A stretch of 64,000 bases of DNA from Octopus vulgaris (lineage: Eukaryota). Position numbers and translations under genes: made by a program. The notes below the pieces were generated by a model, which was given only the letters and a program-made list of their open reading frames with translations, was not told the origin of the DNA and made no database searches. Positions 53,411-64,000 of this stretch are shown piece by piece (positions within the stretch are counted from its first letter, which is position 1; every line of letters starts with the position of its first letter). The stretch covers positions 56,358,001 to 56,422,000 of the forward strand of contig OX597829.1 in NCBI GenBank assembly GCA_951406725.2. The letters run 5' to 3'.

Positions 53411-54387
53411 GCATTTCATTGACTTGAAAAACGATCCTAACAAGGTGCCATATTCTGCAGTCTGATTGGTGCCAAAGACACTAGGTGTAGGTGAATGGTA
53501 TCAGAAGGCCTATAAAAAATATATGCTACTTCCGTTAGGTTAGGGTTAGGAGAGAGAGAGGAATTTACATAAAGATTGTTCTCTTGGGATCCTACTTAAT
53601 TTCATTAGTTTATCATCATCATCATCATTCACATTTTACATCAACTTTCCAAGCTGGCATGGGTTAGACAGACCACCACAGTTAGACTAAGCACATCTTC
53701 AGAAGTATTGCTCACTTAGACAGATCAGAAGGATCACATATTACTTGCATTTCAATTTTAATTTGATTTCTACAATTAAATACCCTTACTAACACCAGTC
53801 ACATTACAGAATGTACTGGATGCCTTTTAGCCATGGCACAAGCACTAAAGAGATGTCACGTCCTCAACAAGACTAAAGGATCCTCACAACCTTACACTTT
53901 ACAGAGTGTATTGGGTGTGTTTTTCATGGCACCAGCACTAGTAAGTTAGTCTTGTCCTCAAGATGAATAAAGAAACATCACAACTTCATGTCTCTGCTTG
54001 CTCACCAACCTCTTTAGAGAGTGAGCAGTGTTAAGACGGATATGTTACAGGGGAATGACTGACAGAGATACCAACTATTCTGAGATATGACAAAGAGCAC
54101 AAGGTGATGATAGATTTGGAGACAATGATGGTCCTTTGAAGGGCATACATCCTCAGCCACTTGGTCTACTGCTCCTAACTATGCTGGTGATATGAAAAAA
54201 GCACCCACTACACTCTTGGAGTGGTTGGCATTAGGAAGGGCATTCAGCTGTATAAACCATGTCAAATCAGATTGGAACCTGGTGCAGCTCCTTAACCCCC
54301 CTCAGTTTTCAGTCCAACCATCCAACCCATGCCAGTAAGGAAAACAGATGTTAAATCACGATGATGATGATGATGATGATGATATAT

Positions 54388-55680
54388 ATTCCAGGATGAG
54401 CCAAAAGTTTTTTCATACTTCCAGTTTTAATTAATAGTTCTAACAAATTACATATGAAAAGCATTTATTCATTAAAATGTATTCCATTATATTCAATTGT
54501 CTGTTGCCATGGTTGTGCCATAAGCTCAATTCTACCATTTTCTGATTTAGAGACAAAAATCTCCCAGTACCTGTTTCAATCTCATCCATATTGTTGAACT
54601 TCTACCCATGCAAGAAATGAGCCATGACTCAGAAGAGGTGATAATCTGATGTTACAAGGTCTGGACTGTAGCCAGGGTGAGATACCACTTCCAGTCCTCC
54701 AAGTTTGCACCACTTGGTCTCATCGGCAGTGTGTGCTGGAGCATTATCATGCTGTAAAACTGCACATCTTCAATTGACCAATGTCACGTAGCAGGCTTTC
54801 AAAGCATCATATACTCACTCCAGTGATTGAGCATAAAAGTTAGCATTCACAGCATGACTGTGTGGGACAAGCTCAAAGTACAACACTCCCTTAAAATTTC
54901 ACTAAACACACATGATCTTCTGTTTAAACTGCCCGTGTTTGACAAAATGTTCTGAAGCCTGATCAGAAAAATGCCACTGATTTCTCTTATTAGGATTACA
55001 AACAGATCCAATTTTCATCCTCAGTTGCAAAATCATGTGATGGTCATACCTTGCTGACATGTTTGTATAGCTGCTGATGGCATTTGCCAGCAGTTGTTTT
55101 CGCAAATGTACACATATTGTTGAGCTTGGTCATTGGTCAGTTCATGAGTAGCTTTCCGACAGCATCTGTTCACAAGGCTCAGCTTATGGCGGTGTCAACT
55201 GATGATGCTTTGTGAAGAACCAAGTTCTGCCAGCAACATATGAATGCTTGTGTTTGGTTGCTGTTGAAGCATTTCAAGCAAGCTCTCATCTTCCAGGTCT
55301 CCTTGATCTTGGTTTATCTTCAAGGCTGATGTCACATTGCATGAAACATCTGAACCAGTTCCGTGCCACATGCTGGTTGATAGTTTCTGGGCCTTCCACA
55401 TCATCAACTTCTTTTGCTGCTACCCCTGCAGTGACTCCTTTTTTTCCCCAGGTGACATAAAATGTCTCTAATTGCAATTTTGTCACCACTCATTATAAAA
55501 GCTGTAAAATAAAGAATAAATAATTAATGCTTATGTGTTATATATGAATATAAGGAAGAAACAATTCAGTAACGATTGGACATGTTGTATCAAGTTAATG
55601 ATATCACATGGGGATATAGTTGCCAAAAAAGAAAATCATGAGTGAAAATTTTTTTTTAAGTGTTTCACTCAAACTCGTAC
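54388..55680 (-). mobile_element. Mariner (Mos1-like) element, near full-length, pseudogenised
   Basis: LEDKPRSRRP, QHDNAPAH, HPGYSPDLVTSDYHLF; several frameshifts. Confidence 0.9.
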
Positions 55681-58047
55681 ATATGTACACACATATATTC
55701 ATAAATATACATGTATACATCTAAATACATTTGCATATATACATATATATGATGCAGGAGTGGCTGTGTGGTAAGACGCTGGCTTCCCAACCACATGGTT
55801 CTGGGCTCAGTCCCACTGCGTGGCACCTTGGGCAAGTGTCTGTCTTCTACTATGGCCCACCAAAGACTTGTAACTGGATTTGGTAGACAGAAATTGAAAG
55901 AAGCCCATCGTATATGCGTGTGTGTGTGTGTGTCTGTATGTGTGTGTGTGTTTGTGTATCTGTGTTTGTCCTCCCACCATCACTTAACCAATGTTGGTGT
56001 GTTTATGTTCCCATAACTTAGCGGTTTGGCAAAAGAGACCGATAGAATAAGTACTAGTCTTATAAAGAATAAGTCTAGGGGTCGATTTGTTTGACTAAAT
56101 GCAGTACTCCAGCATGGCCACAGTCAATTGACTGAAACAAGTAAAAGAATAAAAGAATATCTATACATACATACATAAATATAGACCTATATATAAATAC
56201 ACACACTCATACACAATTTTAATGTCCATTTTACCAAACCTGGACTGGCTGGTAGGTATTCCCTCATACAGTGTACCACCAATCAACATGGTCCATGGTC
56301 ATTTCCTCCTTGATATACAATAACTAAAGAGCTGCTTTCATTGCTTCATCCTACCTCTTTTTTAATTTCTCTCTTCCAAAAGGCTGTCTTCACTTTGAGT
56401 GAAGTGGGCATGTGGAAGATAGAGTCATGCCCATATCAATGCAGTATTTTCTTTTGCATGCTACGTCTGATTCCATTTGTGTTCAGTTGCCTCAGTCATT
56501 CATGCGTACTAGTATTATGCATTCAGCAGAGCATGCCTGATACATTTCTTTTTAATTTTTGCAAACCCTCAGCAATCAGGGCCCATGTTTCTCTAAGCAG
56601 CATCACACTTCACAGATAAACATCAACAATCTGCTCTACAATCTGAGGTGGGGGGGATGTCCTTTTATTACCAGCAAGCATAATAAATCTCTGAACTGTT
56701 AGCAAGTTCTTATTATAGCTTTTATGCTCTAAAAAATACTCACCCTTGTTGCAAACAGATAGATAACAGAAGCTACCAACTATTTCTCGAGAGCTACCTG
56801 GACATTAGAAGGACTCAATTTCACATGTGTCTTTTGTAATTATTGTCACTGTGCACACAAAGTTAACCTTCACTCTTAGCCGACTTGCAATCCCACATCT
56901 CTTTTACATCCATAGTTTACACTGGGCACCTGCCCCTTTTCTATATATAAAAAATCTCGTCTCTTATACCAGAAACACAGACAGGGCTCTGCCCCACTTC
57001 TGTACCAGAAGACTTACATCCCTCCAACCCATCTACCTCTTTCTTTCTATACATAATGGACTAACCAATAGCAACTCATTTACTTAACTTAAACATTGAC
57101 TTATGATATTTGCAGCAGTAACATATTTTCAATGCTTACGTTGCAATCCCCCACCTAATAGGGGCAACAATTTTTAACATGTTTGAATGATGGTAGGTTA
57201 AAGTGAGAGAACAACTGATGTGACATGTCTGTTATCAAACCTTTTTTTTCAGACACTGAATAACATGACTCCTTCACATGTTCCCTCCCATGTCCCTTTC
57301 CCAGTTTTCTAGTGGGATTGTTGAGATGCTTCAAAAGAGTCATGTTGATGTATGTTGCATCCAAGAGGTAAGATGGAAAGGGGCTTCAGCCAGGTTCCTC
57401 ACACACAAGACACATAGGTATAAAATCTTTTGGGAAGATAACATTGATGAGATAAGTGGTGTGGGCCTACTTCTTGCAGAGAAATGGGTGGATAATGTCA
57501 TAGAGGTAACCAGAATGGGTGATAGAGTGCTTAAGCTCAGGCTAGTCTTACAGTACAGTATAGTGACAATTATCTCTGCCTATGCCTACCAAATGAACAG
57601 AAGGACCACTTTTATGATATTCTTCTGCAGGCCACCTCAAAAATAAATGACAATGATCTCCTCTTCATGGTTGGGCATTTCAATGGGTATGTTGGATGGC
57701 AGCCTGGTATCTTACATGGTGTGCATGGGTACCACGGATTTGGCTCCTGAAACGACAAGTGAACAAGGCTACTGGAGTTCTGTGATGTAAATAACCTTTT
57801 GATTTGCAACACCAACTTCAGAAAGCCAGCCAGCCACCTGATAACCTACCAATCAGATATCTGTGCTTGCCAGATTGATTACATTCTCACCAGACAGCAG
57901 AATGCATGGTTGCTCCTAAATACAAAGACCCACCCTGGTGAAGAATATACCCGACCCCCAGCATAGACTTGTCATTAGTGACTTTAGACTCCAGGCCAGA
58001 AGGATGCCAAGAAGTAAACCAATCTAAAAAAGAATTTGAAAGCTTAA

Positions 58048-59743
58048 CCCTTTCGTTACTATATTTCTGACCAAAATACACCCCTTATGTGTTTCAATTA
58101 ATTTCTAACGTAATCATAAATTTAGTCTGGTTTCATTAAACAACTATAACTTTTTTATTTATCAATATATTAATCTGATTTTTGGAAGATAATTTAATGA
58201 AATATTCTCAACTAATTCTATACTATAATTTTTGTCACAAAGTGACTCTAATTGCAGGTAGATACAGGTAAATTCCACAAAATATAAAATTATTAAAATT
58301 TTGTTCAAACATCGCTATAGAAAATGGGTTATTAGCTAATATTCAATTGGGTATACAACAAAATTTTACGATAGAATTTGTTATTCTGGGTAACTTTCTG
58401 ATACCCATAATAATATTTATGGCAAAATAGGCCTTAATTTCATTTAAGGTTGTGAGAAATAACAAACTATCGTTTCTTTCGCTTTGTTTACGTTTAGCAT
58501 AACGGTTCGTTCCCGCCGTAATGATTTCAAATAGGCTCATTCGAAAAAGTAAAAAGAAATAGTCTAAGGCTTTACTCGGCGATGTTTCGCTTGTCGTAGC
58601 ACAGGTTTCCGTTGATTTCCTCTGTCGATTTCTGTAAAAAACTTTTATTTTTTTACATAAGTAATGAGAGCGAAAGAGACTAAGAGGAAACGATTTTATG
58701 ACGAGGAAATTTCTCTTTGAAGTCCCCGTGTGTGTGTTTGATGGGGTGTGGGAGACAGATGTTGTGTAAGTGAAGTGCTTCTGTTAGTGTGTGCGAAGAG
58801 ACAGAGAGAGTAATGTGTGAAAGAGAGAGATAACTGAAATTTTTTACTCGGTGTATGTGTATATGTATGTCTGCATGTATGTGTGTGTGTGTATGTATGG
58901 GTGTGTGTGTATGTGTAAGTATGTGTGTGTGTATGTATGGCCGATTCAGTGTAATTTTTTACTCGGTGTATGTGTATATGTATGTCTGCATGTATGTGTG
59001 TGTGTATGTATCTATGTATGTGTGTGTGTATGTATGTATGTATGTATGTATGTATGTATGTATGTATGTATGTATGTATGTATGTATGTATGTATGTATG
59101 TATGTATGGCCGATTCAGTGTTTACATTTTTTACGGAAATCGACGGAAACCTGTGCTACGACAAGCGAAACATCGCCCTTTACTCTTCTGGGAAAGTCTG
59201 TGGCTTGGTCCAGTTTTTATCAGAAAAATCACCGAAAGAAACAGTTTTTAAATTTTCACTCCATTCAGGTGCCAATTTGTTTTCTTTATCGCTGTCGGAG
59301 CTCTCGAATTCACTGTTTTCACTTTCGGAAAATGAAACATCAGATTCATTATCAAATACCACATGCTTTTTTTTTTCAGTCATAGAGTTAGATTTATGAA
59401 GGTCTTCAGTAGAAAATCCTTCGAATTCTGACTCGCTGCTTGATATAATGAAATTCGTATCCATTTTTTGTCAGAATTACAAATTTTGAAAACACAATAG
59501 GAACAAATTTCGGAAAAAAATCTCTCAAAATTCACGGAATTAAAATTACACTTCGATTATTGTACAAAACTGTAGTTGAACTGTTTACGAAGTATAATAC
59601 GTGTTTTCACGAATGTACTAAAGAGATTTGCTCTGATATTCTCATTTAAATATGAATAGGTAAATTTGGACGGCTTTGGGCGGTTTGGTCACATTAACCA
59701 AAATTTTTTTCGGGCGGCTTTGGGCGGTTTGGTAACGAAAGGG
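58048..59743 (-). mobile_element. piggyBac element, internally deleted transposase, TTAA target duplication
   Basis: ttaa|ccctttcgttac ... gtaacgaaaggg|ttaa; acidic N-terminus (59464-59180) and LDYFFLLF...TNRYA...EIKAYFAINIIMGI. Confidence 0.92.
58578..59177. mobile_element. Merlin-like MITE with 8-bp target duplication
   Basis: ctttactc at 58570-58577 and 59178-59185; TIR of at least 35 bp, ggcgatgtttcgcttgtcgtagcacaggtttccgt; internal (tatg)n. Confidence 0.85.
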
Positions 59744-62700
59744 TTAAGAACCCTTCATATGGTCAGAAATTTAGGGACCTCCTAATTAAGAAATTTGATG
59801 AAAGGGAGGAAGAGCTACAGACTTGTGACATAGAAGGCAACTGGGAATTCCTGAGGGACAGCTTGCTGAGTGCCACAGACCAAATCTGTGGCTGATGTGG
59901 TGGTGGAATGATGTGACAGACAGGGCCAATAGAGCTAAAAAAGCAGGCCTGAAAGAATGGGGGTAGCAAGGAACTGTTATCAGATTGCCAGAAGGGATGC
60001 TAGGAGACAAGTATCTCTAGCTAAGGAAGAAGCAGAAAAGAAGTTTGCCTAAGTTCAGCAAAGAGAGGACCAAAGAACAGAAGTATTTTGGATTGCAAGA
60101 CAGTATGCGAGAGAAAATTGTGGTGTCAGTGTGTCCGTATGGATGAAGGTGCACTTGCATTTAATAATAAGAAAGAGGCTTGGAGTTGCCATTATGAAAG
60201 ACTGCTGAATGTGAAGAATTAATGGGAGGAGGAGAGTCTTCCAAAGGGTGACCCAATTGAGGAACTGGATACCTGAATCAACTGTTCCATGGCAGATAAA
60301 GCTATTAAGGATATGAAGACTGGGAAAGACCCCGGCCCATCAGGAACCACTGCTGAGATGCTTAAAATATCTGGTGGTGTGGGTTATAGGCTAGTCACCC
60401 ATATAGTTAACCAGGTGGTACACAAAGGAGTCATGCTCAATGACTGGTGTAGCAGCACCATAGTTAACTGTTACAAAGGTAAAGGTGATGCCTTGGATAG
60501 AACTAGTTACAGAGGTATCAAATTGTTGGAACAGGTGATGAAAGTTACAGAGAAAGTCATAGACCAACTAATTAGGGAGAGAGTTAGCCTAGATGAGATG
60601 CAGTTTGATTTTGTGCCAGGATGAAGCATCATTGATGCTATATTTCTGGTAAGGCAGTTGCAGGAGAAATACATAGCCAAAGATAAACCTCTGTATTTGG
60701 CCTTTGTTGACTTGGAGAAAGCCTTTGACAGCATCCCTCAATCCCTTATCTGGTTGTCAATGTGGAAACTAGGGATAGATGAGTGGTTGGTAAGAGTTGT
60801 AGAAGCTATGTACAGGGATGCTACAAGTAAGATGAGGGTTGGTAATGAGTACAGTGAAGAATTCAGGGTACATGAAGGGGTTCACCAAGGATCGATGCTC
60901 AGCTCCCTTTTGTTCATCATAGTCCTCCAAACAATAACAGAGCTGCCCATGGGTATTCAAGACAGGCTGCCCCTGGGAGCTCCTCTATGCTGATGACCTT
61001 GCTCTTATAACTGAATCACAACCTGAACTAGAGAAGAAGTTCCAGGTATGGAAGCAAGGTCTAGAATCGAAGGGCCTTAGAGTTAACCTAGCAAAAATCA
61101 AAGTCTTAGAAAGTAGGAAGGCTGTCAAATCACAAATCCCTTCAGGCAGATGGCCCTGCTCGATCTGTAGAAAAGGTGTACATAGAAACTCTGTAAGATG
61201 CACCCAGTGTAAGCTTTGAATGCATAAAAGGTGCAGTAATATCAGAGGAACATTAACAGGGAAACTAGCTTTTGTATGTGGAAGATGCACAAGTACAATA
61301 AATGCTGAAAATGTGCAGAAAATAGACTCCATCAACTGCCAGAGAGTTAAGCTAGAGATAGCAGATAGCTTCCATTGTCTAGCTGACCAAGTTAGTAGCA
61401 GAGGTAGATGCCCGAGAGCACAGCTGTTAGAATAAGATTAGGCTGGGCAAAGTTCAGAGGGCTCCTACCCCTGCTGGCAACAAAGCCCTCTCCCTCAGAG
61501 TGAAAGGCAGATTGTATGATACCTTTGTGCAAACAGCTATGCTGCCTGGCAGTAAAACATGGGCTGTGACAGCCGAGGACATGCGTAAGCTTGAAAGAAA
61601 TGAAGTCAGTGTGCTGCGCTGAATGTGCAATGTCAGTGTGCATGTTCGACAGAGTGTAAGCATATTGAGAGAAAAGTCAGGTATAAGAAGTATCAGATGT
61701 GGTGTGCAACAGAGACAACTGTACTGGTATGGTGATGGGATGCATATGGATGTGGACAGCTGTGTAAAGAAGTGCCAATCTCTAAATGTGGAGGGAACCT
61801 GTGATAGAGGTTGACCCAGGAAGACATGGGGCGAGGTAGTGAATCATGATCTTCAAACTTTGAGCTTCACAGAGGCAATGACTGGTGACCGAGACCTTTA
61901 GAAATGTGCTGTGCTTGAGAGGATCCAGCAAGCCAAGTGAAATCATAGTTGTGGTAATTGGCACCCATGCTGGTGGCACGTAAAGAAAACCTTTCGAGTG
62001 CAGGGCCTCAAGGAGGCAAAGTGGCTGAGTTCCTTTCGAGCATTGAGCCTCATTGAGGCAAGTGGCTGAGTTCCTTTTGAGCGTTGGGCCTCATGGAGCA
62101 ATGACCAAGACCTTTAGCATTATGTCCCATTAAGACCCATTAAGCTGAGCAAAATCACAGTCATGGTAGATAATGGTGTCATGCAAAAAGCACCCCAGTA
62201 TCATGCAAATGGCACTTGTGCTGGTGGCGCATAAAAACACCCATTACATTCTTGGAGTGGCTAGAATTAGGAAGGGCATCCAGCCGTAGAAAACTATGCC
62301 AAATCAGACTGGAGTCTGGTGCAGCCTTCCAGCATTGCAACCCGGTCAAACTGTCCAACTCATACCAGCATGGACAATGGACATTAAATGATGATGATGA
62401 TGATGAGAGCATGGCTATTTTCCTGATGGTAGAAGGGTCCTGTCATTTTTCTAACTTTAGACGTTACTAAATTCCTTTTGAGGTTTCCTAGTTCCAGGTT
62501 TTGTTTCCATATCTGGTATCTATTCCCTAATCCTGATACAAATTCAGCTATGAGCGTTAAGTCATTAGCATAAAGAAGATCCTACAGGCAGCCAGTCTTA
62601 AACTTCTCTGCAATGACTTGAAAAATTATAAAAAACAGAAGGCAACTGAAGATTGAACCCTGATGCATGCCTCCTTTTATGCAGAATTTATCACAATTAT

Positions 62701-63039
62701 ACTTATCAGTACACCTCACATTTCTGACTCTCCCTCTGTACATGGCTTGCACAACTCTTACAAGCCATTCATATTCTAGACATTTCTTCAGTGACCACTA
62801 GTTCACAGAGTCTCTTTTGGTCAACAAAAGGTTAAATCCTGGCTAGATACTTCACCAGCAGATGACTTGATAGGCCAATGGCATCAGAAGTACTTTTTCC
62901 AGGTACAAAACCTGACTGTATCATATCTGTGTTAAGTGTCTTCATAATAAGTCATACTATAACACTTTTTATAACCTTCATAACCTGGTGCAACAGTTTA
63001 ATACCTCTATAGATATGCAAGTCATCCACCTCTATGACC

Positions 63040-63360
63040 TGATATAATAATATAATAATAATGAAATTATTGTATACAGTGCTCAGGTGCACCACAACTT
63101 GTCAGAAAGTGCATATAAAGTACATGCAGTAATGTAAAAATGTCTGGAAAGCGAACAATGTATGAGTCAGATACATGCTTGTGTGTGTAAGGAGGGGAGA
63201 AAATCAGGTGTAGTGTTGGCAAATCTCAGAAAGCATGGAAGTTTTGAAGGATGCAGTGCTCCGACAACTAACAACGGATGCCGGCAGTTTGTTCCATGCT
63301 TCAGCAACTCTCAGCGTGAAAAAATGTTTCCTGAAGTCATGAAAAAATGTTTCCTGAAGG
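63040..63360 (-). mobile_element. CR1 LINE 3' end
   Basis: KHFFTLRVAEAWNKLPASVV...FK followed by a short UTR and (att)n tail. Confidence 0.8.
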
Positions 63361-64000
63361 CGACCAGCTCATAAAGGATATTCTGCTACATATTTTAAAC
63401 ACCTTATTGACCAGGTACCTTCCCTATCAACATATTCTTAATTGCGCTATCTCCCATTCTGCTGCCAACTTGGATGGTTGATTCCTCTGCTGGTCTACTT
63501 GGGATAGATCCTATTTCTTTCATGCATTCTTCTCTTCCAATAACCACTTACATGTTTCATTCAATTTGCCTATAAGAACAAAAATGCCCCTATCATTCCT
63601 TACACACTTTTTCCAGTGATGTGTTGGTTCTCTCTCACATGCCACCTTGCAGTCCAGATAGACAGTTATACAAGACTTTAGTGGTAATTGTCTTGGTAAC
63701 TTTTATACACAGATCAATTCTTATAATAGCACCGACTGAAGAGAGAAAAGATTCTGGATGTGTATGAATAGCCAAGAACAAAGTTAGTAAGAGAGATTAC
63801 AAAATTAAGCTAAGTAGCTACTTTCCAGATGGAAAGTAGCTACATTGCTTAATATGCAGCAAGAAAAGAAAAGAATGGATATGAACTTGATTGTGTGTAT
63901 TCATAGGGAAGCAACAGGTACACAAAAAGATGCAATGTGATTTCTTGTGGGTTCACCAAAAACTAAGATTTTGGGTGTACATGATAAATATACAAGACTG

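Larger units (their letters stand above)
57230..62405 (+). mobile_element. Near full-length RTE LINE (APE, RT, 3' UTR repeats, (gat)n tail), interrupted by piggyBac
   Basis: DVCCIQEVRW, QIDYIL, YRGIKLL, AFVDLEKAFD, GVHQGS, LYADDL; many stops. Confidence 0.95.

Noticed and set aside
58851-59399. 182/176-aa plus-strand ORFs
   Set aside because: (tatg)n tract plus the antisense of the piggyBac N-terminus.

Overview
AT-rich, repeat-dense eukaryotic DNA. The SINE/RTE-LINE repertoire and TA/GT microsatellite load point to an octopod cephalopod (inference). I found one host gene: a hedgehog acyltransferase (HHAT/Rasp-like, MBOAT family) on the minus strand. Five coding exons splice in frame through GT-AG junctions (45153-45000, 38940-38876, 23498-23388, 13532-13338, 10015-9755; 262 aa); I did not find the remaining exons in the window. 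Everything else is intronic or upstream: RTE LINEs whose RT region carries an inserted PHD-type zinc finger, CR1 remnants, tRNA-derived SINEs, mariner/Tc1, piggyBac, Merlin-like and Helitron elements, and microsatellites. The most notable signal is a set of hammerhead-ribozyme motifs from several unrelated sequence families. They sit in Penelope-like (GIY-YIG) remnants and in fold-back elements embedded in (TA)n tracts, and three are sense to the HHAT pre-mRNA. Also notable are hairpins with strand-biased G-U pairing, a triple-nested transposon, and inverted repeats bracketing in-frame exon blocks. All calls come from reading the sequence by eye, with no searches or folding runs.
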